From an uncultured archaeon (GTDB lineage: Archaea; Micrarchaeota; Micrarchaeia; Anstonellales; Bilamarchaeaceae), in NCBI GenBank assembly GCA_963734525.1, contig CAVTHI010000001.1:25637-89636 (forward strand): DNA of 64,000 nt. The letters are read 5' to 3'. The notes beneath the pieces were generated by a model. It did no database searches and was not told where the DNA came from. It worked only from the letters and a program-made list of their open reading frames with translations. Within the stretch, counting starts at the first letter, position 1, and the number at the start of each line of letters is the position of its first letter. Shown here piece after piece: positions 9,658 through 19,763 of the stretch. The translations under genes and the position numbers were made by a program.

Positions 9658-9975
9658 TCAGACGTCAATTTCGCAGAGGACGCGGACGCCCTTCAGGGCG
9701 GGGTCCAGCATCTCGTGCGCGGGCCCGAACTTCGCCCTGACCTGCACTTTCGACGCAACAGGGACGCCCCTTGCGCGCAAATCCTTCGCCAGCTGGGTGT
9801 AAAATTCCGGGATGACGGTGTCATCGGCGATTGCCCGGACGAGCTTGAGCGGGACCTTGGTGTCCAGCTTCAGCGGCTTCAGCAATTTCTTGCCGTCCCG
9901 CTCGACAACGAGGTAGAATACGAGGTCCACCTTCTCAAGCGCGAGGTTCCGGTCGAGATTTCTGCGCGAGACCAT
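9658..9975 (-). CDS. hypothetical protein (105 aa)
   Basis: ORF with protein-like composition, no recognised domain. Confidence 0.35.
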   Translation of the reverse strand: MVSRRNLDRNLALEKVDLVFYLVVERDGKKLLKPLKLDTKVPLKLVRAIADDTVIPEFYTQLAKDLRARGVPVASKVQVRAKFGPAHEMLDPALKGVRVLCEIDV

Positions 9976-10027
9976 ATGGTAGGGATGGAAGGAAAGGGTT
10001 TATGATAATTAGCCAACTAACAACTGC

Positions 10028-10456
10028 ATGCCAGAATGCATATTTTGCAGGATTGTCCGCGGGTCGCAGTTGAGCGTGAAACTGTTCGAAGACGAGAACA
10101 TGATAGCCTTCATGGACTTCAAGCCGATAACGAAGGGCCATGTCCTGATCATCCCGAAGAAACATGCCGAGCTGCTGACCGAACTCGACGACAACCTCGC
10201 AGCGGAAATGATAATCCTTGCGAAGAAGGTCGGCAAGGCCCTCCGGAAGTCGAAATTGAACTGCCACGCCGTCAATTACATCATGTCCGACGGCGCGGAA
10301 GCCGGGCAGAGGATTTTCCACGTGCATATGCACATCATCCCGAGATACCGCGGCGACGGATTCGGCCTCAGGATGCCGGAGCGGGACGAGGAAGAGGAAG
10401 ACGAGAAGAGGCTTGAGAGGACCGCTGTGAAAATCCGCAAGTTCTTCGAGAAGTAG
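10028..10456 (+). CDS. HIT-family (histidine triad) hydrolase
   Basis: HVHMHIIPR histidine triad motif; 142 aa. Confidence 0.85.
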   Translation: MPECIFCRIVRGSQLSVKLFEDENMIAFMDFKPITKGHVLIIPKKHAELLTELDDNLAAEMIILAKKVGKALRKSKLNCHAVNYIMSDGAEAGQRIFHVHMHIIPRYRGDGFGLRMPERDEEEEDEKRLERTAVKIRKFFEK

Positions 10457-10465
10457 GCGGTCGGC

Positions 10466-11185
10466 ATGGCAAAAAGAATCCCGAAGGAACGGTCCGGACG
10501 GGTGGTCATCGTAAAAGACGGGCCTTACCGCGTCTCCGGCAGCCTGCCTCTCGACAAGGCCATCATCATAACCGACCGCAGGGGGATACCGGCCCGGTGG
10601 GGCAAGGGCGAGAAATACCCCGCTCAGGAGAGCTATTCGCTCTGCCGCTGCGGCCACTCCGTAAGCAAGCCGTATTGCTCGGGGATGCATGCGGAAAAGA
10701 GATTCGACGGCACCGAAACTGCGAGCCGGAAAAAGTTCATGAAGCAGGCCGACAGGTACAGGGGGCCCGTTATAAACCTCTTGGATGCGGTCTCGTTCTG
10801 CGCCCTCGCCAGGTTCTGCGACAAGGCAGAAGGCGTCTGGGAGCTTTCCTCAAGGAAGGACAAGAAATCCGTGAAGCTGGCCATACGCGAGGCATGCGAC
10901 TGCCCGGCCGGGAGGCTCCTGGCGTGGGATAATAAGACCGGAAAGCCGATTGAGCCGAAACTGAAGAAGTCGATAAGCCTGATTGAGGACCCATCAGAAA
11001 GGGCGAGCGGGCCGATATGGGTCAAGGGCGGGGTCCCCATCCAGTCTTCGGACGGAACCGTTTACGAGGTGAGGAACCGCGTCACCCTGTGCCGATGCGG
11101 GAAATCCATCAACAAGCCGTTCTGCGACGGCACCCACCTCACGGTCGAATTCAACGACGGCGATAAAAGGCTGAAGAAGAAGTGA
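10466..11185 (+). CDS. CDGSH-type iron-sulfur domain protein (two CDGSH-like modules)
   Basis: CRCGHSVSKPYCSGMH and CRCGKSINKPFCDGTH motifs. Confidence 0.8.
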   Translation: MAKRIPKERSGRVVIVKDGPYRVSGSLPLDKAIIITDRRGIPARWGKGEKYPAQESYSLCRCGHSVSKPYCSGMHAEKRFDGTETASRKKFMKQADRYRGPVINLLDAVSFCALARFCDKAEGVWELSSRKDKKSVKLAIREACDCPAGRLLAWDNKTGKPIEPKLKKSISLIEDPSERASGPIWVKGGVPIQSSDGTVYEVRNRVTLCRCGKSINKPFCDGTHLTVEFNDGDKRLKKK

Positions 11186-11260
11186 AAGATGGGGGGAGTG
11201 GCGCGTCTCCAAAGCAGGGGCATACATCCATTTATATATACTTTTAGACACAAGTAATGC

Positions 11261-11926
11261 ATGAAAGAAGTGAGAGTCCGCCTCCTATACCCGGCCTCGG
11301 TGAAGCCCGAGGAAGTCGGGGCCGCCCTGCGCGGCATGGAGAGGTTCAGGACTTATGGCGTCCTTCATGACAGCGCCGGGTTGCGCGGGAATGACAAGGA
11401 GGCGCTCCGCGGCGTAAGCAACGGAAAGACGATGAAAAGGCTCGTGACTTCGCCGGAACTTGTGATGAGCCCCGTCGATTTGCATGTGGACGTCGTAGGG
11501 ATGCTATTCAAGAGGGACATAATCCCGGTCGGTTTGACGCCGGTCCGGATGAACGAATTGGTCGGGGAGGAGTTTTCCGTGAAGAAGGAACCGCGCCTCG
11601 GGCTTTCCAGGGGGGGCATAGGCGCGATAGTATCGCTTTTCAAGCCGAGGGAGATGGAAACGGCGAGCACGGATGCCTCCGTGCCTGTGTACAGGAACGG
11701 GATGGACTCGGGAATCGCGCTGAAATCGATTGAATTGGCGGTCATGCACGAGCTTGGCCACGTATTCGGGGTGCAGGGGCACTGCGAGAATAAGGGCTGC
11801 CTTATGCAGGCGAACGAGAACTTCGCGGATTTCATTGACAGGTTCGTGATACCGGGCGTAAATTTCTGCAGGAACTGCTCATCGACGATAAGCTGTGCTG
11901 TGAACAGGATGATAGCCCCCTTTTAA
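11261..11926 (+). CDS. amzA: archaemetzincin (zinc metallopeptidase)
   Basis: HELGHVFGVQGHCENKGCLM ... CRNC: HExxHxxGx3Cx4C plus CxxC signature of archaemetzincins. Confidence 0.85.
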   Translation: MKEVRVRLLYPASVKPEEVGAALRGMERFRTYGVLHDSAGLRGNDKEALRGVSNGKTMKRLVTSPELVMSPVDLHVDVVGMLFKRDIIPVGLTPVRMNELVGEEFSVKKEPRLGLSRGGIGAIVSLFKPREMETASTDASVPVYRNGMDSGIALKSIELAVMHELGHVFGVQGHCENKGCLMQANENFADFIDRFVIPGVNFCRNCSSTISCAVNRMIAPF

Positions 11927-11964
11927 CGACCCGTGGTCGGGTTGCGTCCGCCGCCACGAAGAAG

Positions 11965-12657
11965 TCAGTTCCGGATTTCGTTGAGGGACTGGATTAGCAG
12001 GTTCATGACGATTCTGTAGCCTTCGGGGTTCGGATGCATCCCGTCGGACGTCAGTTCCCGCCTCATGGCATTGCCTCTCGAGCCGTCGGGATTCCTGGCT
12101 GCCAGCTCCGAGAGGTCCATCACCCGGACGGTGCCGCTCTGCCTGCCGACCAGGAAACGGTTGAATTCCGACATCGCTGCCATGGAATCCGGGGAGTATT
12201 CGTTTCGAAGGTGGCGCAGCGGCTTGTGCTCCCTGCAAGGGGGCAGGGTGGCGAACACGACATTGAGGCCGTTGTCCTTGGCCCATTTCAGGAAGGAGTC
12301 AACCCGGCCCTCAAGGGCCGCCACTCCTTTCGCAATGCGCTCGGCCCGGGACTTGGCCGAGGATAATGCATCCCATACGGGCGATGTCAGGGCGGTCAAA
12401 TCGTTCATGCCCCCGAAAACTACGACCGTTCCTCCTCGGGGTATCTGGCCGTTCGCATAAGCGCCCTGTATCATTGCCGCGACATCCGCGAAGGGCTTGC
12501 CGACGGAGCTATGGACTTGCATGCTCTGGAGGCCGACCTCCGGAAGCCTTGACCGTGCTTCCCTGTACAACATGCCCTGGGCTAGCGAATCCCCGAAAAC
12601 CACGGGGTGGAGATGAATAAGCGATTGCGATTGTGTTGCAGCGACCGGTCCGGCCAT
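11965..12657 (-). CDS. SGNH/GDSL-family hydrolase
   Basis: VVFGDSLAQG GDSL motif near N-terminus, conserved G and DxxH-like C-terminal region. Confidence 0.7.
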   Translation of the reverse strand: MAGPVAATQSQSLIHLHPVVFGDSLAQGMLYREARSRLPEVGLQSMQVHSSVGKPFADVAAMIQGAYANGQIPRGGTVVVFGGMNDLTALTSPVWDALSSAKSRAERIAKGVAALEGRVDSFLKWAKDNGLNVVFATLPPCREHKPLRHLRNEYSPDSMAAMSEFNRFLVGRQSGTVRVMDLSELAARNPDGSRGNAMRRELTSDGMHPNPEGYRIVMNLLIQSLNEIRN

Positions 12658-12713
12658 GATAAATTTTCCAGTGCGAAGGTTATATATTATGGTTCAGGGG
12701 CGGATGAACAGGA

Positions 12714-13223
12714 TTAGATGGGTTCGCGGATTCTGGGCCGGGAGACTCTCGCGAGCATCTGCTCTAGGGCGGGGAGGTCCTTCTCATGGATGGACTGGAG
12801 GATGATTTCGAAGCCGCGTTCGGCCCGCCCGGTCTGGATGCCCACATCGGCGACGCCCAGGAGCTCCCCGACATAGGAACGGTTAACCTCGTAGTCCTGG
12901 ATCTTGCTGATTGGAACGTGATATTCGTCCTTGACCCATATTCCTGAGATGCGGATGATTTCCCCGTCGGATACCGAATAGAGGTTGGAGATGTGCGAGT
13001 AGAAATGAATGCCGAGCCAGCCGAGGGCCAGCAGTCCGGCCAGAACGGCCATGGATAGGACTGCGATGCCGGTATCGCCATCCAACGAAGCGGCTATAAA
13101 CACCGCCAATACCAGAATCACCGCAAGCGCGCCGAACGCCCGCATGTAGGGGCGGAGGGCAGGACGCAGATTCATGGACCCCATGCGAGGAACGGGAAGG
13201 CGAAATTTATATAATGCACACAC
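12714..13223 (-). CDS. membrane protein with bacterial PH (bPH_2/YdbS-like) domain
   Basis: two TM helices then ISGIWVKDEYHVPISKIQDYEV...GVADVGIQTG pattern; real start may be Met14 (MGSMNLR). Confidence 0.5.
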   Translation of the reverse strand: MCALYKFRLPVPRMGSMNLRPALRPYMRAFGALAVILVLAVFIAASLDGDTGIAVLSMAVLAGLLALGWLGIHFYSHISNLYSVSDGEIIRISGIWVKDEYHVPISKIQDYEVNRSYVGELLGVADVGIQTGRAERGFEIILQSIHEKDLPALEQMLARVSRPRIREPI

Positions 13224-13295
13224 GCGCCACGATGACGCGATGGCGGAAGGGCTGGCAAGGCGGCGATGCGGCGCTTCCCGGAGATGGCGCGGGGC

Positions 13296-15734
13296 TCACT
13301 GCCAGCCCGTCAGTTTCAGCGTAGCGTGCTTTATGTAGTCGTTGACAATCAGCGGGAATATGACGGAATACCCGATTACAAACGCGGTCATATCCAACGG
13401 TACTGCGCCCATCCCAAGCCAGCCGGCAGAGACTATGACGATCGCGATTGCCATATCGGCGACCACTGCTCCGAAGAAGACCTTGCTCGGGGCGGAATCC
13501 CAGAAATGCCCATGCTCCCTCAGCACGAAGACCGAGAACATGGCGAAGAAGAATAGTATCTCGAAGGAGAACGTGTGCAGCGCCGCGTCGTTCGCCATAA
13601 GGCCGAAAAAATGGTCGCCGAGGTAAAGGAGCCCGAACGCCTCCACGACCAGCACAAGGCCGAGCAGGATGGAGATGCGTGTCAGCCCCCGGATATCCCA
13701 GACGTCTGGCTTCCGGGACATCTTGACGTTATCGGTCGAGAGGGTGATTTTCACGAAATCGGTCATGAAAATCATGAGAAGGACCGCCGTGGACGAGACC
13801 ACGAACCGGCCTGTCAGCAGGAAAGCGAAAACGATGAAGCAGGTCTTTAGGATGGTCCGCGTGATCTTGTTCAGTATCCAGGTGTTTATCCGTTTGAACA
13901 TCAGCCGGCCGGATTTGATGGGTTCCACGACATGCGGCAACCCCGGCCCGGTCAAGACGATGCTGGCCGACCCCTTGGCGACATCCGTCGCATTGCTCAC
14001 CGCGATGCCGACCTCGGCCTGCCTCAGTGCGGGCGCGTCATTCACGCCGTCGCCGGTCATACCGATGATGTGTCCCCGGCTCTGGAGGCTTTTCACGATT
14101 GTGAATTTGTCGCCGGGGTAAATCTCCGCAAAACCGTCGCTTTTTTCGGCCAGCTCCCCGGCTTCGGCGGGGTTCTCGTCGAAATACTGCTTCAGGTTCG
14201 ATACCTTGATGACATTGCCTCCGATTCCGGCCTCTTTCGATATTTCCCGGCCTATCGGCAAGGCGTCACCGGTGAGCAGCTTGATGGAAACGCCCAGGTC
14301 CTTCAGTTCGCTCACCATCTGTAACGTATCGTCCCGCAGGGGGTCGTGTAGCGCGACCAGGCCAGCCAGCCTTATGCCGCCCTTGCCTTCGCCCGCTGCC
14401 ACCGCCAGCGTCCGGTAGCCGTTCCTTGCCAGATGGTCCATGGTGGCCTCAAGCCGGCGGACTGCCGCTTCGTCCTGCCCGCAGAGCCGTGCGATGACGT
14501 CGACCGCCCCCTTCATCACCCGGACATGCTTGCCCCCCAGCTTTACGACAGCCTCCGTCCTTCTTGCCGTGGTGTCGAAGGGTATGAACTTCAGGACAGG
14601 AGGCGGCGCATCGAGCAGCTTTCTCCCCTTCGCAGCGCTTATAAACGCGGCATCGATATTGTCCTGGTTCGCTTCCTGCGATGCCAGCGCCCCGTAGAGA
14701 AGGACATCGTCGGCGCGGAATCCGTTGTAGGGAAGGACCTCATTGACAGACAGCCTGCCGGATGTTATCGTCCCGGTCTTGTCAACGCATAGGATGTCCA
14801 TGCTGGCTGCGTCATCGGGGGCGCTTAGCCGAGTCACCAATACGCCCTTCCTTACCAGCTCCATCGAGCTGATGGCCATGCTGATGGTGAACATCGCGGG
14901 AAGCGCGACCGGAACCGCCCCAAGGAGGAGGATGAGCATCAGCGGGAGCGAATCGAGCAGGCTCAATCCGTTGATTAAGGAGAATACAACGGCCACCGCA
15001 AGAAGGGCCAGCACTATCAAGAGAAGCCATTTGGAAAGGTCGGATACCACGTCCTGGATGTGGAGCTTGGGCTTTGCAATCTGGACGAGCTGAACCGTCT
15101 TTCCGAAATACGTCTCCGCGCCGGTTGCGATGACAACGCCGCCCGCCTCGCCGCGGGTGATTATTGAGCCGGAATAAAGCGCGTCGTCCTTCGCCTTCTC
15201 AAGGGGCTCGGATTCACCGGTCAGCGCCGCCTGGTCCACCATCACGGAGCCCTCGGCCACCTTGACGTCCGCCGGGACGAAATCACCCATCCGGAGGCGG
15301 ATTATGTCCCCGCTGACTAGTTCCCTGGCCTGGACGACGTCCCATGCTCCACCCCTCAGCACCCGGGTATAAACCTGGAGCTTTTTCTTGAGGCTTTCGA
15401 CTGCGTTGATTGCGCGCTGCTCCTGCGCGAACCCGAGGATGGCGTTGAAAACGAGCAGGGCGCTGACAATATAGAAGTCCGAATCCTTCTGCAGCAGCCA
15501 TGACAGGAAGATGATTGCCTCCAGCATCCATTCGGCCGGACCCCAGAATTTCTTCAGGAAACGCAGGAAGGGATTCCGCCTCTTTTCCTGGACTTCGTTG
15601 TAACCGTTCCGGAGCAAGCGGGCCTTAGCCTCCTCCACCGTTAGGCCTTTCGAGAGGTCGGAGCCGAGCGATTCGGCCGCCTTCCTGGCGCTTCCGGCAA
15701 ATAGCGACGCTTCAGCTTTGTTTGCTGCTGCCAT
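13296..15734 (-). CDS. P-type cation-transporting ATPase, P3A (plasma-membrane H+-ATPase)-like
   Basis: 812 aa; ICVDKTGTIT phosphorylation site, TGDGVNDAPAL, 10 TM; N-terminal GLTVEEAKARLLRNGYNEVQE like PMA1-type pumps. Confidence 0.85.
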   Translation of the reverse strand: MAAANKAEASLFAGSARKAAESLGSDLSKGLTVEEAKARLLRNGYNEVQEKRRNPFLRFLKKFWGPAEWMLEAIIFLSWLLQKDSDFYIVSALLVFNAILGFAQEQRAINAVESLKKKLQVYTRVLRGGAWDVVQARELVSGDIIRLRMGDFVPADVKVAEGSVMVDQAALTGESEPLEKAKDDALYSGSIITRGEAGGVVIATGAETYFGKTVQLVQIAKPKLHIQDVVSDLSKWLLLIVLALLAVAVVFSLINGLSLLDSLPLMLILLLGAVPVALPAMFTISMAISSMELVRKGVLVTRLSAPDDAASMDILCVDKTGTITSGRLSVNEVLPYNGFRADDVLLYGALASQEANQDNIDAAFISAAKGRKLLDAPPPVLKFIPFDTTARRTEAVVKLGGKHVRVMKGAVDVIARLCGQDEAAVRRLEATMDHLARNGYRTLAVAAGEGKGGIRLAGLVALHDPLRDDTLQMVSELKDLGVSIKLLTGDALPIGREISKEAGIGGNVIKVSNLKQYFDENPAEAGELAEKSDGFAEIYPGDKFTIVKSLQSRGHIIGMTGDGVNDAPALRQAEVGIAVSNATDVAKGSASIVLTGPGLPHVVEPIKSGRLMFKRINTWILNKITRTILKTCFIVFAFLLTGRFVVSSTAVLLMIFMTDFVKITLSTDNVKMSRKPDVWDIRGLTRISILLGLVLVVEAFGLLYLGDHFFGLMANDAALHTFSFEILFFFAMFSVFVLREHGHFWDSAPSKVFFGAVVADMAIAIVIVSAGWLGMGAVPLDMTAFVIGYSVIFPLIVNDYIKHATLKLTGWQ

Positions 15735-15793
15735 TCAACCCCCTTAGGGCGTTGGAAATTAAAAAGAATGCAGGGCCGCGCGATTTTCAGCAG

Positions 15794-15802
15794 TTTTTTA
15801 TT
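15794..15802 (+). promoter_or_regulatory. TATA-box-like element (ttttttatt) ~25 nt upstream of ATG at 15825
   Basis: AT-rich octamer at the spacing expected for archaeal leaderless transcripts. Confidence 0.3.
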
Positions 15803-15824
15803 CGCTGGCTCGGTAGGCTGAACA

Positions 15825-16010
15825 ATGGTAGCTATGGAAGAAGCATTCCAAGCAGGCGACGTCTACTTAGATTTTCCATACGAGAGCTGCAAGTTCAGGT
15901 GGGAGAAGAAGACCAAGAAGGTGTTCGCACGGTTCTACGGACAGCCAGAGCATGAGATAGATCATACATCCGACTCTATCTTCCGTGATGCCATTTCCGC
16001 CGGAAACTGA
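15825..16010 (+). CDS. small hypothetical protein (61 aa)
   Basis: ORF with TATA-like element at -25; protein-like sequence; no homolog recognised. Confidence 0.35.
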   Translation: MVAMEEAFQAGDVYLDFPYESCKFRWEKKTKKVFARFYGQPEHEIDHTSDSIFRDAISAGN

Positions 16011-16075
16011 TTACGCGAGAAGAATACTATAAGGATTGAGCATACATATTTGGTTGACCCGGGGGATGGTAAATC

Positions 16076-16661
16076 ATGCCGCAGGCATCATCAAAAGCCA
16101 GGACAAAAAGGGAGTTGCCGCCGGAAAAGCGTGAAGAACTGCTCAAGGCGTTGAAAGCCCGTTTCGAGAAAAACATGAACCGCCATAAAGGTCTTGAATG
16201 GGCGAAAGTGCGGGCAAGGCTGGAAGCTGATACTGAAAAACTTTGGTCGCTTAGTGAGATGGAAAGAACAGGAGGCGAACCGGATGTCGTCGGCCTGGAT
16301 AAAAAGACGGGCGAATGCATTTTTTACGATTGTTCGGCGGAAAGCCCCAAAGGCCGCAGGAGCGTTTGCTACGACCATGATGCGTTAGAGGCAAGAAAGG
16401 AGCATAAGCCGGAAAATAACGCTTTGGACATGGCGGCTGCAATGGGCATCGAGCTGTTATCTGAAGAGCAATACCGGGAGCTGCAGAAACTCGGGGATTT
16501 CGATGCGAACACGTCGAGCTGGGTGAAAACGCCTCCCGGACATCAGGAAACTCGGCGGCGCCATCTTCTGCGACCGCCGCTACGGCCATGTCTTCGTGTA
16601 TCACAATGGTGCCGATTCCTACTATGCCGCCAGGGGGTTCCGCGGCTCGCTTAGGGTTTGA
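16076..16661 (+). CDS. DUF4256-family protein, C-terminus disrupted by one +1 frameshift (~16536, CCC run)
   Basis: highly conserved ...WSLSEMERTGGEPDVVG...CYDHDALEARKEHKPENNALDMAAAMGIELL... body; alternate frame after cctccc restores conserved PDIRKLGGAIFCDRRYGHVFVYHNGADSYYAARGFRGSLRV end. Confidence 0.7.
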
Positions 16662-16821
16662 ATTTATTGGACTACGGCCGGGACCATAAAAACAAGGTAA
16701 GGCCAAGCTCGAGAAATGCTGATAGGAATCTGACCTACAAATTTGTCATTAAGAACACGTTCACCCATATATTTTCACCTCGATAAGTTAGGCATCAAAC
16801 AATATAAAAAAAGGCAAAAAA

Positions 16822-16894
16822 GGGCCATGACCGTGAATCGAACACGGGCCTAGAGGGCCACAGCCTCTCACGCTACCATTACGCCATCATGGCC
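16822..16894 (-). tRNA. tRNA-His (anticodon GTG), with G-1
   Basis: cloverleaf folded by hand: 7-bp acceptor, extra 5' G-1 opposite C73, D-loop with GG, anticodon stem AGAGG/CCTCT, loop CTGTGGC, T-loop TTCGATT. Confidence 0.8.
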
Positions 16895-17050
16895 ATTCAT
16901 CAAAACTGATTGTTATCTCTGAAAACTCGCTTGTTAGCTGTGCCTAGCAAGTTTCTGGATACAAACGTGCGCTCTAGTATTTAAAATATCTCCATTTTGC
17001 GCCCTGAAAGCTCCGGAACGAGAAAAAAATGAGGAAAAAATGGGCTTGGC

Positions 17051-17368
17051 TTATTTGGCGAGCTTGTTCAGCTCCTCCTGGATGAGCCACTGCGCAATCG
17101 GCATGAAGACTATCCATGCAATCAGCAGGACGACCTTGTCGCGCGCCTTCTTCGAGACCGTCTCGATGTCCTCGCAGTACCTCCAGAGGACGTAGATGTT
17201 CAGGAAAGGCACGAAGAGCCCCAGCGTCCAGAGAAGCGGGCTGGTCTTCCCGTTCACGAGGCCGTTCAGCTCGTCCCTGGTCTTGTAGAACCAGTAGAGC
17301 CCGTATATGTACATCGTGATGAAGCTCACGACAACAACGAAAACAGGATCACGTTTCTTGACCGCCAT
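17051..17368 (-). CDS. small membrane protein, DUF4234-like
   Basis: 105 aa; two TM segments with YWFYK and WRYCEDIE motifs. Confidence 0.45.
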   Translation of the reverse strand: MAVKKRDPVFVVVVSFITMYIYGLYWFYKTRDELNGLVNGKTSPLLWTLGLFVPFLNIYVLWRYCEDIETVSKKARDKVVLLIAWIVFMPIAQWLIQEELNKLAK

Positions 17369-17395
17369 ATAATCAACCTTGTGGATGAGAATGAA

Positions 17396-18292
17396 TCAGA
17401 GGTTTAAAACAGCACCGGTCGAGGCGCGGGCGCGCCTGAGCACGTGCGAGCCGTCGCCGGTGAAGAATTCGACTTTCTTCGCCCCCGTTCCCCCCACGAA
17501 ATCCACGAGGTCGTTGAAGTCCGCATGGTCGCTGAGAGGGAACGCCGCGTCCGTGTTGAACCGGTAATGGAGCGCCCAGCCGGTCGCGACCGCGCAAAGC
17601 GTCTTCCTCTCGAAGGCCTGCGCGAGGCGGTGCGCGAAATACCGCTTCGCCTTCCCCATCGGGACCAGCGCCACGAAGCGACGGGACATCGCCTCCTCGG
17701 CCTCGTCCGTTCCGACCACGATGCGGTCGAGCTTCAGCCCGGACTTTTCGTATATGGAGCAGAACGATTCGGTTTTTTGCGTCACGACCGGGGCGACCGA
17801 GCAGCCGTTCAGTATCCTGATTACCTCCTGCGCCTTCCCGAGCTCGTAGCATCCGATAATCAGGTTCGCGTCATTGTTGCCGGACACCCAATGCCTGATT
17901 TGCTCGTGCACCTCTTCGTGAGGGGGGAAAACGTAGTCGGGGTCGCCGTATGTCGCTTCCATGATGAGCCTGTCGCATTGAGGAATCTGCGCCTTCATCC
18001 CGAAGATGTTAGGCTTCACGCAGAAATCGCCGGTATAGACCGTGCGCTCCCCGCCGCAATCCGCCGCGAGCATGCGCGCGCCGAGGATGTGCCCCGCGTC
18101 GAGAAGCTCGGCCCCTTCCAGCGATGCGGGCTCGGCATCGAGGCTTGCAAGCGCCAGCGTCTCCGCGCTTGCGATAATCCTTTCCTCGTTCTTTATCCCG
18201 CCGGTGTGGTCGGAATGCGCGTGAGAGAGGAACGGCAGGTCCCCTCCCGGGCCGTCCAGGCCGATGAGTGTGCCCCTGCATTTGATGCGCAT
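17396..18292 (-). CDS. MBL-fold metallo-hydrolase
   Basis: HAHSDHTGG metal-binding motif, further His/Asp ligands (TGDF, DHAD). Confidence 0.7.
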   Translation of the reverse strand: MRIKCRGTLIGLDGPGGDLPFLSHAHSDHTGGIKNEERIIASAETLALASLDAEPASLEGAELLDAGHILGARMLAADCGGERTVYTGDFCVKPNIFGMKAQIPQCDRLIMEATYGDPDYVFPPHEEVHEQIRHWVSGNNDANLIIGCYELGKAQEVIRILNGCSVAPVVTQKTESFCSIYEKSGLKLDRIVVGTDEAEEAMSRRFVALVPMGKAKRYFAHRLAQAFERKTLCAVATGWALHYRFNTDAAFPLSDHADFNDLVDFVGGTGAKKVEFFTGDGSHVLRRARASTGAVLNL

Positions 18293-18318
18293 GGATGGTA
18301 TTGGGCGGAAAAAAGATA

Positions 18319-19005
18319 TTAATACATCGACCGGTCGTCCTCTTCCTTGTAGGAGTAGGCCAGGATGGCCTTGATTACCTGCGCCCGCTTCTTCCCGACG
18401 CCGGGCACAGCGGCTATGTCGCGCTCGCTGGCGTGCGCGAGGGATTCGACGCTCCCGAAATGAAGCAGGAGGGCCTTTGCCAGTTTCGGCCCGATTGTTG
18501 GAAGCGACTCCACTATGGAGCGCGCGGTCTGCGACGGCGTGAAGGTGCGCTTCTTCGCATAGATCCGCATCGGCTGTTTCTTTGCGATTTGCTCGTGCTT
18601 CGCCAGATGGAAGACGAGCTCGGCCGTCCCGGCCTTATCCCGCGTGAATATGACCGATGCGCCGAAATCCGCGATGATTGAGGAATACGCGCCGAGCAGC
18701 GACTCGCGGCTTAGGCGCTCCTCGTCGCTCATGCCCTCTATGACCACGACGACGCGTTCGTAGTTCGAAACGAGGTTGGGGAGCTGGGAGAACAGGCGGC
18801 CGTCAATCACGGACTGCTCGAAATCCGAGCGCGTCTTGCGCTCCACGGCGACACGGGCCGAGCAGAGGAAATCGCCCACGGAAAGCACGCGCCGCTCGAC
18901 TTCCGCCCCGAGCGAGCGGAACGTGTCGTCGAAAAAGCGGTCCTCGCGTTCGTCGACAGCAATCGTTATTTTCGGGCTTTCGGGGCTGTCCAGGAACTGC
19001 TGCAT
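18319..19005 (-). CDS. XPF/ERCC4-family endonuclease, short archaeal form (nuclease domain + HhH2)
   Basis: ITIAVDEREDR...VERKTRSDF ERCC4 catalytic motif; C-terminal helix-hairpin-helix pair (LPTIGPKLAKALLLHFGSVESL...VPGVGKKRAQ). Confidence 0.75.
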   Translation of the reverse strand: MQQFLDSPESPKITIAVDEREDRFFDDTFRSLGAEVERRVLSVGDFLCSARVAVERKTRSDFEQSVIDGRLFSQLPNLVSNYERVVVVIEGMSDEERLSRESLLGAYSSIIADFGASVIFTRDKAGTAELVFHLAKHEQIAKKQPMRIYAKKRTFTPSQTARSIVESLPTIGPKLAKALLLHFGSVESLAHASERDIAAVPGVGKKRAQVIKAILAYSYKEEDDRSMY

Positions 19006-19018
19006 GCAAGCACCCCGT

Positions 19019-19699
19019 TCATCGTTCCATTTCTATGTATCCTTTTATCTCGTCGAAACTGATGGAGCAGCCGGAGTATTTCATCTTGTAGAGCGCGGCT
19101 TCGAGGGCCTCCCTCTGGAGGTTGGAGAAATTCTTGAAATAGCCGTTCTCGTACGCGAGGACCACGAGCTCGCTGCTGCGCAGGACGTTGAGCTTGGATA
19201 TCCGCGACGAGAGCTCGCGGAAGCTGTTCTTGTTGACCATCACGTTGACCTGGAACTCGCTTTCGAGGTGCGCTTTCAGCTGGAACGGCGCCTCGATGAG
19301 CATGCGCGTCGTCCGCTCGTCCACGATGATGTCCTCCACCCCGAGCGCGGAGGCGAGGGCGAGCATCTCGGACTCCCCGAACTGCAGGAGGCGGATGGGC
19401 TGGCCCTTCATGTAGAACATGTTGTTGGCCGCGTGCATCACCTTCCTCGCTTCGTCCTCGACCTTCGCATCGACGACTTCTATGACGCCGTCCGCTATCG
19501 CGTCCTTGATGCGTATGGCCGAGAAGAGGTGCTTTTTCAGGCCGTTGTAGAGCGGGCGGGTGACCGTCTCGTATTCCACGGACGGGGGAATCACGAAACG
19601 GACATTATGGTGCTCGGAAAAATGGTAGAGGATGTTGTCGAGGCAGCCGGCCGTCAGCGAGATGAGAACCCCGGAATCGCACAGGACGTCGCGTGTCAT
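19019..19699 (-). CDS. hypothetical protein with PIN-like N-terminal domain
   Basis: N-terminal DVLCDSGVLISL, FVIPPSV, and DIIVDERTT acidic motifs spaced like PIN nucleases; ~90-aa helical C-terminal extension. Confidence 0.4.
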   Translation of the reverse strand: MTRDVLCDSGVLISLTAGCLDNILYHFSEHHNVRFVIPPSVEYETVTRPLYNGLKKHLFSAIRIKDAIADGVIEVVDAKVEDEARKVMHAANNMFYMKGQPIRLLQFGESEMLALASALGVEDIIVDERTTRMLIEAPFQLKAHLESEFQVNVMVNKNSFRELSSRISKLNVLRSSELVVLAYENGYFKNFSNLQREALEAALYKMKYSGCSISFDEIKGYIEMER

Positions 19700-19763
19700 G
19701 GTGTGGGTTTACTCGGCCTTCAATTATAAAGATTCTCCCGTATCAATGCCGCCGTTCCCCGGC

